Notes: generated by a model not told the origin, from the sequence alone. DNA of 64,000 bases from Ignavibacteriota bacterium (GCA_963801355.1 CAWDEM010000004.1:1-64000), one strand, 5' to 3'; shown: positions 20,201-29,661, counted from the stretch's first letter. Made by a program: numbers and translations.

Positions 20201-21368
20201 GATACGAGCTGCTGAAATCGTCGTAGAAAATAGTCGTGGAGGCCGGGGCTGCTGGCCCCGGCTTCGCGGAAGACCTGCGAAAAGCCGAATTGTCACTTTG
20301 AGGCAATGGTGGCGGGCCTTTCTTTCCGGACACCACCGATGTGTCCCGACGGTCGTCTACCGGACAGGATGTTGTGTGAACGGACAGGATGGTCGCAGCC
20401 GTATTCGTGCGACCCTGGCTCTCTGTGATTTGACGCGGCTTAGCAGAAACCGGTATCGCAATACGTGATAACGGCCTGGTGCTATCCGGAGGCGTGGTGC
20501 CAAGATTACCCACGGAGTTGTATTCCTGAGAAGGGTAAGCACTCATCTCATTAATAAGCAACGGCTCCCCCTTTAACACTTCTCCCGAAGTGGCATCCAC
20601 AAACGCTCTCATAAAAGGTTTCGTCACATCAACTGCAAGGTCAATTGTCCAGGCTAGTCTGTATTCGAACGCGGTTTCTGTGGGCTTCGGGAACACAACC
20701 AACGAGCCTGTTCCAAGTTGGACTAGACCCGACTTCCGTTTCGGATCCTTTTCCTGGAACCGGAGAGCACTTTCGAAAGCATCCCGTTCAGAGAGCCGCG
20801 GGACAACGGAGATTTCTCCCACCGGAAAATGCTGCAGAGAGACGGAGAGGATTTCGCCTCGATTGGACAAGAGCACCTTCATCATTCCTGAATGAACCGG
20901 GATTCCGCGGTACACCTGTTGATAGGATTGAAACAATTTTGTGTTGAGTCTCTGCTTTTTCTCCAGCTGAAAATCCGCGGTTTGAATATTGAAGAGGTCT
21001 TTCTGCCCAGCAAGAAAATTGTCAACGATCTGTTCCGAACTCAAATCCGATGGCTCCGAATGGAATCCATACAGCCTCTTGACGTTACCCAGCTTCTGGT
21101 CCCACTCGATCCTCCAATGTCCGTTATAACGGTCATTAAACTGCTTGAACGCTTGGATCCGGTTCGACGGCAACTTGATGGCTTCTCGAGTGATCGGAGC
21201 CACTTTGGGAACCACGGTTTGACTTCTGGAGGGCCGATCTCGTTCATCTCCCTTTCCCCTAGCATCCTGGGCTTGCGCTGTGCCCTGTACGACTCCGCTC
21301 AAGGCGAGCAGAACAGCAAGAGAAAAAAAGAAGGACGCTCGTGAGATCACAGCCTTCCTTTTCCTCAT
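17202..21368 (-). CDS. M4/M36-like gluzincin metalloprotease with FTP/PepSY propeptide, two CARDB-like repeats and C-terminal dockerin-like module
   Basis: YQQVYRGIPV (FTP); AFVDATSGEVL (PepSY); DVLYHEYGH...GMSEGFSDY; two YTPxGWDAPIV repeats; same C-terminal module as the M6 gene. Start at MRKRKA preferred (ORF is open to 21533). Confidence 0.85.
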   Translation of the reverse strand: MRKRKAVISRASFFFSLAVLLALSGVVQGTAQAQDARGKGDERDRPSRSQTVVPKVAPITREAIKLPSNRIQAFKQFNDRYNGHWRIEWDQKLGNVKRLYGFHSEPSDLSSEQIVDNFLAGQKDLFNIQTADFQLEKKQRLNTKLFQSYQQVYRGIPVHSGMMKVLLSNRGEILSVSLQHFPVGEISVVPRLSERDAFESALRFQEKDPKRKSGLVQLGTGSLVVFPKPTETAFEYRLAWTIDLAVDVTKPFMRAFVDATSGEVLKGEPLLINEMSAYPSQEYNSVGNLGTTPPDSTRPLSRIAIPVSAKPRQITESQGRTNTAATILSVHTTSCPVDDRRDTSVVSGKKGPPPLPQSDNSAFRRSSAKPGPAAPASTTIFYDDFSSSYPGEWSIGHDGGSGSYSWAWAYGYAHCYTDPSGGQYYYPDNLKVYMERRGVSLAGCASATLSFYKIVDTEASFDQFTVNVRDQSGAWHLIYSQSGMSDPLAWEYIELNLDAFAGQTGLYIQFRFDSDGSVSGDPYDGVFLDTISLTAESSLPNLTPYTPTGWDAPIVASSVAGTNTSNSLYAGQSTYIDWAVANNSSQDIVSTFFYLLSIDDTPVAEWYSNSLLANYYASIQDYVQTLSSGWHTLKILADSRNDIVESDETDNEYTQSFYWYDSQFDVSGTMSGQQYPQFYDSSPVISPLPNAYTYIRKGTTRIEGPITTDANGQFSSSTFASTSDIHYVEANTEGTWAKVVDRNGGSSGENVLVWLLSLGPNPLGSLDGSLTVNGDIITSLYYHADRIHTYVSDQLGYTGMDFQMTVYANDSGVDDNGPCYFPNSDEIHFPSNTFGLTVEWARESDVLYHEYGHSIQDKAYGVADSGPDESGMSEGFSDYVAATMNNHPLIGLAWRNLDQGSNPRRYDNQQILSSSDYSNGLGLSDTYWVLPWWDPAMPWNDWGYLHHNAGPSSGALWDMRTNIGNALIADQLFMAAMLLNADSHQELYVDLLLADDDDGDLANGTPHYTQITAAFSRHGITSNPFNLVATYTPQGWDAPIVPSSVTGTTTVGALTGGATTYLDVAVANLTTSNITTPFTTYLYLDDSPILIINHSSGLGAQTYSYVSDFAYVVPAGDHILKTVVDAENGVEEFSESDNSYQQQFHWTGIALPQTVEVKAFLDGPYSGGVMSTALRAGGYIPVTQPFTPSPWNYSGTESVAGIPIGVVDWVLLELRTGTASGTKVATRAAFIKSNGSVVDLDGTSAVSFPSVATGNYYVVLRHRNHLAVMSAAPVAINVNSAQYDFTTGLDKYYGGDAKELTTGVYGLWAGDVTGNGQIKYSGGGNDRLPILTRIGGTDITATVSGYYTEDVNLNGQVKYSGANNDRLIILTNIGGTDITATKLTQVPN

Positions 21369-22101
21369 CGCATAGCCTCGATAGCTGATGCACCGGTGGG
21401 TGGAATTCTCAAACGCTGGGTAATAGGAACCTGCGCTTTGACATTGAACGTCTTTTTCGGAGTGCATGGTGCTGTTCCTCTGTTTGCATTGAGGAATATG
21501 AAATTCAAGATTGGATAGATGTAGGTCATTCATGTTAGACTGATGAAACAGTTGTATTGTGCAAAGAAGAGTTCAGAGTCAATGATGTCTGTCGAGTACC
21601 TGACCTTAGTCCTAACCTACAACGCTTGTTGTGTCGAAACACACTTAGGTGAATCCAACAATCGCCTTCAGGGCCCCGTCTACACGGTGGCACCCGGGCA
21701 GGTGATATTCCTTATTCAAGACCAAAATTTTCGCCGCACTATTGAATGTACGCGCATGGATTTGATAGATATGCACTCCGGACGACAGCGCGATATGTGT
21801 ATCATCCTTTCCTTAGAAGCCGGTTCCCAGCGATTGCACGAACAGCGACTGCTATGATGGGCAAACCGCACACCATACCATCTGTCCAAGTTTTGATCTT
21901 GAGAAAAGTGCAAATGTGTGGAATGAGAAAAGAGAACCGGGTTCTGATCGAGAACCAACACTCTCGTGCATACTCCCCGGAATTCCCCCAAAGCCTGCAC
22001 TGAAGTGCGATACCCCACTATCGCTCTTGGCTGCCCCCTGCGGCACTACCTGGGGTAGGTGGTGTCGTCGCCTCCTTTCGGGGTGGCGAGTCATCAAGAG
22101 A

Positions 22102-22130
22102 AATATACCCTACTCGTTGAGCTAAGTCAA
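22102..22130 (-). promoter_or_regulatory. Sigma70-type promoter pointing toward the M4/M36 protease pair
   Basis: Minus strand TTGACT-17 nt-TATATT. Confidence 0.65.
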
Positions 22131-22221
22131 TCTCAAAACTCGATCCTCAAAATTGCTCTATCTGTGTCGGGATTCATTTGTGAGCGTCGACAACCGTGTA
22201 TGCAATGCGTTGTGATCCACG

Positions 22222-22550
22222 TCAACCTGAAGGCGGCGGATCGCCCTGCAAATCTTCTGGATCCACAAGATTCTGAATAGACATGGCGGGAAGAGCTCCA
22301 TGGATATATCCGCCCAGTTGACAGGCCTTGGAATTTACTGCAATGATCCGTCCCGTCTGATCGAAAAGCACTATGGCATCCGCTGCCCGCTCCATCTGGA
22401 AACGCTGGACCAACTCCTGGTCGCAAAAAGCTGTCACGTACACAATCGGGATGTCAAACTGCCCAGGCACACGCGCCACAACTTCCACGCCATCTTCGGA
22501 AGCCTGCAAAGAGACATCCATAAGCACAACGTCTGGTATCATTTCGCCAA
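22222..22550 (-). pseudogene. Degenerate receiver + PAS domain fragment
   Basis: PDVVLMDVSL...DGVEV...DIPIVYVTA (receiver lacking its N-terminus) fused to ADAIVLFDQTGRIIAVN (start of a PAS domain), then truncated. Confidence 0.6.
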
Positions 22551-22606
22551 TCTGCACAAGTGCCCGCAGAGATTGGAGATAGATCTTTGTTTTCGTACAT
22601 TTTGAT

Positions 22607-23008
22607 ATGAAGCAGGTCGCAGTTGGCATTCTGCACCGCGATGGTCTCGTGCTGGCGTGCCAGCGTAAGAAAACCGCGCTTTACCCCCTCCAATGGGAGT
22701 TTCCCGGCGGCAAGGTCGAATCTGACGAATCCCCAACCGATGCGCTTATCCGTGAACTGCGTGAAGAAATCGGCATCCTCGCTAAATCCGCGAACGAATT
22801 CCATAGACAGGAATGGGATTATGGGAACATGACCTACCGGGTCTTCTATTACAAAGTCTTCGAATTCAGCGGTGAGCCCGAAAACCGGGCGTTCGAGAAA
22901 ATCCGATGGGTAAAACCGGACGAGCTTCTAGTAATGAACATGCTCGAAGGCAACAGGAATGTTGTAAGAATGCTCTGCGATTCAAATCCTGCTGGGGAAT
23001 TGGTTTGA
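22607..23008 (+). CDS. mutT: NUDIX hydrolase, 8-oxo-dGTP diphosphatase MutT-like
   Basis: WEFPGGKVESDESPTDALIRELREEIG Nudix box; adjacent to mutY. Confidence 0.85.
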   Translation: MKQVAVGILHRDGLVLACQRKKTALYPLQWEFPGGKVESDESPTDALIRELREEIGILAKSANEFHRQEWDYGNMTYRVFYYKVFEFSGEPENRAFEKIRWVKPDELLVMNMLEGNRNVVRMLCDSNPAGELV

Positions 23009-23090
23009 TCTTCAGGAGCATCTCAGTTCAGGAAGATATTGTGAGGAACCATTGCGAGGAGTGATACGCAGAGACGATGCAATTTCCACC

Positions 23091-24128
23091 GTGAAGTTGA
23101 TACACAGCGCCACCCGCAAGGACCTGGTGCGCACCGTCCTTCGTTGGTACCGAGGCAACGGCCGCGTACTTCCCTGGCGCGGGATCCGTGATCCTTATCG
23201 GATCCTTGTGTCGGAGATCATGCTCCAGCAAACGCAGGTGACCCGTGTTCTGGAGAAGTACCCATTGTTCATCAAGACGTTTCCTACGCTTCACGATCTT
23301 GCACGCGCACCGCGTGCTGCGGTGATACGTACGTGGCAGGGAATGGGATACAACAACCGTGCTGTCTGGCTCCATATTCTCGCACAAATCGTCGTCGACA
23401 AACACATGGGCCAAGTCCCGAACGACTACGATTCACTTCATGAACTCCCTGGCATCGGCCAATACACCGCCCGTGCGATTCTCTCATCAGCGTTCGCTAT
23501 GGTGCAACCTGTGGTCGACATCAATGTCAGACGCCTCTTCTCACGCCTCTTCTGGACGATGCCCAGTGCAGAAGCCATGTGCCCGGAATTCGAGATCTGG
23601 AGTCTGGCAACGCGGCTACTGCCGCAACGTGCCTCATACCACTGGAACCAGGCTTTGATGGACATCGGCGCAACAATCTGTACAGCACGGACTCCCCGCT
23701 GCACTCTCTGCCCACTGGTGGGTTTTTGCAGGTCCCGCATAGGGTTGCAGAGTCCCCGTACCTATTGGGTTCATTCCGACGGAGCTAGCACTGCCAGGGC
23801 TCGCCCCAATGGGGTTAACACCAGGGGCGTTCATTCCGATAAGGTCAGGTCCCCGGGGGCAGATCCCAATGGGAACCGGTCAGCTGTCAAACGCGAGCCT
23901 TCCTACCGGGGCGTTCCCAACCGCCTTCACCGGGGACGAGTCGTGGAACAGCTGCGCCGAGTGAAAGAAGGGTCGTGGATCACAGTAGGTGGATTGACCA
24001 GAAGGGTCTTCAAGAATTCTACGAAAACTGATATTCATTGGGTGGAAAAGCTACTGAGCGTGTTGGAACGAGATGGATTGGTAAAGGTGCGGAAGAGGCA
24101 GGTAGGTGCCGTCGTGAGACTGGGATGA
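23091..24128 (+). CDS. mutY: A/G-specific adenine glycosylase
   Basis: LPWR...DPYRILVSEIMLQQTQV; HhH LPGIGQYTA; Fe-S motif C-x6-C-x2-C-x5-C; short C-terminus without a NUDIX-like domain. Confidence 0.92.
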   Translation: MKLIHSATRKDLVRTVLRWYRGNGRVLPWRGIRDPYRILVSEIMLQQTQVTRVLEKYPLFIKTFPTLHDLARAPRAAVIRTWQGMGYNNRAVWLHILAQIVVDKHMGQVPNDYDSLHELPGIGQYTARAILSSAFAMVQPVVDINVRRLFSRLFWTMPSAEAMCPEFEIWSLATRLLPQRASYHWNQALMDIGATICTARTPRCTLCPLVGFCRSRIGLQSPRTYWVHSDGASTARARPNGVNTRGVHSDKVRSPGADPNGNRSAVKREPSYRGVPNRLHRGRVVEQLRRVKEGSWITVGGLTRRVFKNSTKTDIHWVEKLLSVLERDGLVKVRKRQVGAVVRLG

Positions 24129-24143
24129 CGCAGCCCCCACAGC

Positions 24144-24238
24144 GTCATTGCAAGCGAAGCCCCGAAGGGGCAAGCGAAGCAATCCCGCTGTCGAAGTCGT
24201 ATTCGAATGTGTGATTGCTTCGGCCTTCGGGCAATGAC
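24144..24238. repeat. Palindromic REP/RPE-like element
   Basis: GTCATTGC...GAAGCAATC...GATTGCTTC...GCAATGAC nested inverted repeats. Confidence 0.8.
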
Positions 24239-24243
24239 AGACA

Positions 24244-24896
24244 ATGCCATATCGACATGTGAACGATATTATCGCCGCCCACGCCCAGCGCGGTCCTGCT
24301 ATTCGTGCCCGCCTGGCTGACTTCGCAGCGGTACCGCGCGAACTCTGGTTTTACGAACTGGCATACTGTCTTCTGACACCGCAATCCAGTGCCGCCAATG
24401 CTTCGCGTGTCGTAGATGCCCTTCAGGTCGCAAACTTTCTGGAAACCGGTCAGGATCCGACACCGCTGCTTCGCGATCGCCGGCACTATATACGCTTTCA
24501 CAATACAAAAGCACGTCGTCTTCTGGAGGCACGGGCGGATGTATCCGTTGCTCTCCGTAGAGCTGGAGTCGAGCAGGGCCCACACGTGATGCACTTACAA
24601 CTGACGGACCCGCACTACGGGAGTGGCTCCTTCGCAATGTTCACGGTCTCGGATGGAAAGAAGCATCGCACTTTCTCAGGAATATCGGCTACAGAGATCT
24701 CGCTATTCTCGACCGCCATATCCTGAGAAATCTCAAGCGTCATGGAGTCATACGATCCATTCCAAAATCGTTGACAGCAAAGCGCTACATTTCCATCGAA
24801 CGTGCATTCATGAAATTCGGCGGGGCCATCGGCATATCGATGGATGAGCTGGACTTGCTGTTCTGGAGCAGGGAGACGGGGGAAATACTGAAATGA
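24244..24896 (+). CDS. ogg: 8-oxoguanine DNA glycosylase/AP lyase, Ogg2 (archaeal/Thermotoga) type; one apparent frameshift near 24600
   Basis: ELAYCLLTPQSSA and IRFHNTKA, then in a shifted frame REWLLRNVHGLGWKEASHFLRNIG..LAILDRHI...ELDLLFWSRETGEILK. Confidence 0.85.
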
Positions 24897-24916
24897 TTGC
24901 CCAATTCATCAAGTGT

Positions 24917-24955
24917 GGGATTGCGTCGTCGCTGGGAAGAGCTCCTCGCAATGAC
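24917..24955. repeat. Right half of the same palindromic element
   Basis: GGGATTGCGTCG...CTCGCAATGAC. Confidence 0.65.
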
Positions 24956-25002
24956 AGATACTCGGCGAGGACACACTCAGATTATAGTAGGAGAATGGCA
25001 CA

Positions 25003-26144
25003 ATGACATTTCTCGTTCTCGGCGCCGGCATGATGGGAAGCGCGGTTGCATACGATCTCGCCAAAGCTTCACCATCATACAGGTGTTTCTGGCCGATATC
25101 TCAATCAGGTCGCGCAACGTGTCGCACAATCCATCGGCCCCAGTGTGACGCCGATGCAACTGGATGTGCACGACGCGTCGCGGTCGTCCGGGCGATGCCG
25201 GGAAAGGCAGTGGTCGTCAGCGCGGTCTCCTACTCGGTGAATGAGGAACTCACGCTTGCCGCTATTCATGCGGGCGTGCATTTCTGCGATCTCGGCGGCA
25301 ATAACGACGTTGTCGACCGACAGCTGACAATGGATCCAGCAGCCCATGCGCGCGGTGTTACGGTTGTACCGAATTGTGGCCTTGCCCCGGGACTGATCAA
25401 TATCCTGGCCGTCACCGGCATGCGAAAAAGTTCGACAGCGTCGATAGCATCCAGTTACGTGTCGGCGGACTTCCGCAACATCCCCGCCCGCCACTCAATT
25501 ATGAGATCGTCTTCTCCGCAGAAGGCCTGTTGAATGAGTACCTCGAACAGGCAGAAGTGATCGAAGATGGGGATCTTAAGACTGTGGAATCCATGACCGG
25601 ACTCGAATCAATCGCGTTTCCTCCCCCGTTCGGCACTATGGAAGCTTTCCATACGTCGGGCGGCATTTCAACGCTTACCCGGATGCTTCAGGGAAAAGTG
25701 CGCAATCTCGACTACAAGACTATCCGTTACCCGGGACACTGTGAGAAGTTCAAGACCCTTCTGGATCTGGGCTTTGCAGGTGCCGAACCGGTGATGATCG
25801 GACAGAACGTCACGACTACACGGGAATTCTTCACCGAACTGCTGAAACGGAAGCTCTCGACCGGAGACAAAGACCTGGTTCTCGCTCGCGCAACACTCAC
25901 CGGCACCGCCGCAGGAACCCCGCGAACGCTTGTGTATGAGTGCGTGGATTATTATGATGAATCAACACAGATCACCGCTATGATGCGCACAACGGCATTC
26001 CCGACCTCGATCACGGCGCGTATGCTGGCTGAGGGAATGATCACCCGCCGTGGCGTTATGCCCCCCGAAGCGTGTGTGCCGGGCGAACCGATGATCAAGG
26101 AACTTGCACAGCGGGGCGTGAATATCAGCACAATTACCAATTGA
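25003..26144 (+). CDS. Saccharopine/lysine dehydrogenase family oxidoreductase (apparent frameshifts)
   Basis: VLGAGMMG Rossmann motif; FCDLGGN; NCGLAPG; VGGLPQHP; YKTIRYPGH; TAMMRTTAF, spread over two to three frames. Confidence 0.85.
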
Positions 26145-26153
26145 CAAGTGTCA

Positions 26154-26190
26154 TCCTTAGGTTGACCCGCGCCGCGGGTCAACCTAAGGA
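26154..26190. terminator. Perfect 17-bp inverted repeat hairpin after the dehydrogenase gene
   Basis: TCCTTAGGTTGACCCGC-gcc-GCGGGTCAACCTAAGGA; no U-tract on the + strand. Confidence 0.5.
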
Positions 26191-26222
26191 AATCACCGTA
26201 AAGGCCAGAGATAAGTACCCAC

Positions 26223-26375
26223 ATGAGCATCCATCCCCTTTCGGTCACCATCAGCACGCGTGACAGCACGGCGGGACGCGACGTGCAGCAGCAGTACATC
26301 GTGCAAACGAAGCATCCCCGCTGGGAACTGCTCAAGATATTTGTCCATGCACTGACACATATGGAATTCCGGTGA
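26223..26375 (+). CDS. Small 50 aa hypothetical protein
   Basis: MSIHPLSVTI...HPRWELLKIFVHALTHMEFR; its stop overlaps the GTG of the next ORF (GTGA). Confidence 0.4.
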   Translation: MSIHPLSVTISTRDSTAGRDVQQQYIVQTKHPRWELLKIFVHALTHMEFR

Positions 26376-28092
26376 GCATTATGGGAAGTGTCATTGCGAG
26401 CGATGCCCTGAGGAGGCGAGCGAAGCAATCTCATACGTCAATGCTTAGTCGAGTGTGGGATTGCTTCGGCCCTTGGGGCCTCGCAATGACGGTCGTGACC
26501 ATTGTTGCATTCCTCCTCATCGTCTCCACCGCCCAGGCTCAGGATAACACCATCCGCGTCGTCTTCTCCGACAATCCCGATAGCAACACCGTCATCGGCG
26601 CGTTCCGCACAAAGGGAGTTCTGTACGGTTCACTGACCGACCTGGTCCATGTACTCCAGGTGGGTTCGTACACAAACCCGACCACTCCAAGATGGAAGTG
26701 AAACATGGGCCGTACCGGGTCAAAGTGACGGGCGGCAATCCGTTTATTGTCGTGACCGACCAGGCGCAGAAACAAACCGTGTACCAGCTCTCCGCAAACG
26801 TCATGTTCGCCGCAAATACATTCTTCGTTCCGATGCAGTCGACCCTGCGATACTTCCACGTTCTCTTTGACAAGTCCGGACGCTTTGACCTGACCGTAGA
26901 TGCTCTACATCGGCATTGCACCACCGCCCACGGCATACGACATCCCCTCCGTTTCGCTCGAACCGAAGATCAACGGCATGGTTATCCGTATCGCTTCGCA
27001 AAAGCGGGTCGAAGATGTCGAAAGCTGGCTGCGACCGGATGGATGGTTCTATGTGACGATTGCGGATGTGAAGGCGGATGTCCGGAGCATCAATGCAGTC
27101 AAGGGCACGAGCATTGTCAGAAAACGTCGTGGCAATCCAGTCACCGACCTCCGTACAGTTGACCTTTAAGCTCACGGGCAAAATCGCTGCAACGGAAATC
27201 CTGCGTGAAACCGGTTCCAATGACCTGCTGCTCTCGATCCGTGTACCCGAGCCCACCGAGGAACCCGTGTCGACCGAAAAACCCGTGCCGATTGAGAAGC
27301 CGCACCCGAACCCGAACAAGAAACCGCCGCGGGATGCTTCGCCCGATCTCTCCTCACAGAGAAAGCGGTGGGAGCTGGACGTGATAGTCATCGATCCCGG
27401 TCACGGCGGAAGAGATCCCGGAACAATCGGTGTTACGGGAGTCAGGGAGAAGGATATCACGCTGGGTGTCGCACGGCGCCTCGGCCAGCTCATCAAGGCC
27501 GACCGTTCGGACCTGCGTGATGTGAAGGTCGTGTTCACACGGTCCACAGACACGTTCGTTCCGCTCTACCGGCGCCCGCAGATTGCCAATGAGTCCGGCG
27601 GCAAATTGTTCGTCAGCATACACGGCAACTCGATGGACGCAAAAGCCAAATCCGCGACGGGGATTCGAAGTGTATCTCCTGCGTCCCGGCCGGACGGAAG
27701 ACGCTATTGCCATCGCCGAACGCGAGAACGCCGTGATCGAGCTGGAAGAAGGCTACGAAGACCGGTACAAGGAACTGACGGATGAGAATTTTATACTTGT
27801 GACCATGGCACAGAGCGCATACATGCGTTCCAGCGAGCATCTGGCGGGACTTGTGCAGAAACAGATGACGGACGTGGCGGGACTTCGTAACAACGGTGTG
27901 AAACAGGCAGGTTTTTATGTGCTCGTCGGGGCTGCGATGCCGAACATTCTTGTGGAGACGGGGTTCCTTTCAAACCGGAGGATGAGAAGTTCATCAAGAG
28001 CGCCGCCGGGCCAGCAGAAAGTGGCAGAAGCACTTTACCGCGCGATCCGGAAATACAAGACAGAATACGAGAAGCTGCTGGCGAATGAGTAG
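26372..28092 (+). CDS. N-acetylmuramoyl-L-alanine amidase (Amidase_3); several apparent frameshifts
   Basis: VIVIDPGHGGRDPG; EKDITL; FVSIHGN; AERENAVI; VKQAGFYVL..AAMPNILVETGFLSN. Confidence 0.88.
26390..26490. repeat. Palindromic REP/RPE-like element within or at the start of the amidase gene
   Basis: GTCATTGCGAG...GAAGCAATC...GATTGCTTC...CTCGCAATGAC. Confidence 0.85.
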
Positions 28093-28289
28093 CTGAATCG
28101 AACTCTTCGTACCTTCTGTTCTGCGTATGCTCAGGTTTGCCGACCATCAGAATCGCTATGCGCGAGATCCGACACGTCCGTCATTGAATATCTCTGTGAC
28201 CAGAGCACCAAGATTGTTGGACCAGAATGCTCCGCACAGATAACATTGCGTCATCATTGACACGGGTTGGACTGTCGGGAAAGGGCAAC

Positions 28290-29661
28290 ATGATGAGGCT
28301 GAGGAGATTTTGCATCTTTGTCGCTATTCTCACGATTGCAGCCGCTTCCTTCGGTCAGACGCGCTTCCGTTCGGGAATATTCCTCCATCATTCAACGGGC
28401 GCCTGCATCTGGGGACCAAACGGCGGACAGGTTTCCGTACCGACGGAAATTGCCAAATACAATCTGTCGCACGGTCATGTTGGGCTCCGATTCTGTGAAA
28501 ATGAGTCGAAACCTGGTGGCCTTCGGCTGACAACGAATGGACGACATGGCACAACATCTTTGACAACGGGATGCAGTCAAACGACATCCGGCCGTTCCTC
28601 GCCTCCTATCCCATGATCATGATCAAGTCCTGTTTCCCTTCGTCCCAGATGTCCGGTCCTGGCTCGAGCGCTGATACACTCAGTCCGACGATCAAGAGTA
28701 TCGCAAACTACAAGTGGCATTGGCGTTCGTTGATCTCCGTAATGAAGGGACGGCCACAAAACTTCTTTGTCATCTGGACTAACGCTCCCTGGTGGCAGGT
28801 GTCACGAATGCTTCTCAGGCAGCCCTCTCCAATGCATTCTGCCGCTGGGCGAAGGACACCCTTGCCGCCGGTCTCGACCCCATCGTCGGGACATTCCCAA
28901 AGAATATTTTCGTCTTTGATTTCTTCCATCTTCTCGCCGGCGCTGACGGCATGCTCCCGCTGCAGCTCGCGAGCGGATCAACTGACAGTCACCCCAATGC
29001 AGCCGCGACAACATTGGTGGCCCCTCAACTGGTGAAGCAGGTGTTTGACGCTGCGCTGGCATACGAATCCACCACGACCGCCACTGTTCCCGGAGTGATT
29101 CCGCTGACAACGCCCGTCAACGGTGCGAGGGTTTCAAGCGACACCGTCAAGTGTGTTTGGGGAGCATCCCCCTCCTCGTGGGACTGGTTTGAAATCTCAA
29201 CGGATTCCTTGTTTGTCTCTTCCACGTCCGTCGATTCCACGGTGATGAGCTGCACTAAGGTGGTCCGCAATCTTCGGAACAACACGCCGTATTACTGGCG
29301 TGTGCGCGGCGGTAATCTTGCAGGTTGGGGTCCATTCGGCGAACGGCGCATGTTTACCGTATCGTATACTGCAGTACGCGATCAGTACGGGATCCCCCCC
29401 ACCTTCGCGCTGAACCAGAACTACCCGAATCCGTTCAACCCATCGACGCAGATTGAATTTGGCATCCCCAAGGAAACCCGCGTGAAGCTAGAGGTGTATA
29501 ATGTTCTCGGGGCACGGGTGCTGACATTGGAGGACCGCATTATGTCCGCTGGGTATCACAGCGTTACAGTGCAGGCCGGTTCGCTTCCGAGCGGGCTCTA
29601 CGTGTACCGCTTGACAACCCGGGATATCTCACTCACCCGGAAGATGTTGTTGATGAAATAG
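28290..29661 (+). CDS. Secreted SGNH-like domain + FN3-like + T9SS CTD protein (apparent frameshifts near 28480 and 28795)
   Basis: Signal peptide; GIFLHHSTG, MIKSCFP, FDFFHLLA and DSHPN motifs; shared FN3 module; NQNYPNPFNP tail. Confidence 0.7.

Noticed and set aside
22030-22100. Cyclic di-GMP-I riboswitch on the minus strand
   Set aside because: A GAAA-capped stem is present but the GGCAAA and GCAAAGC consensus elements are missing. Kept only as an unclassified structured element.
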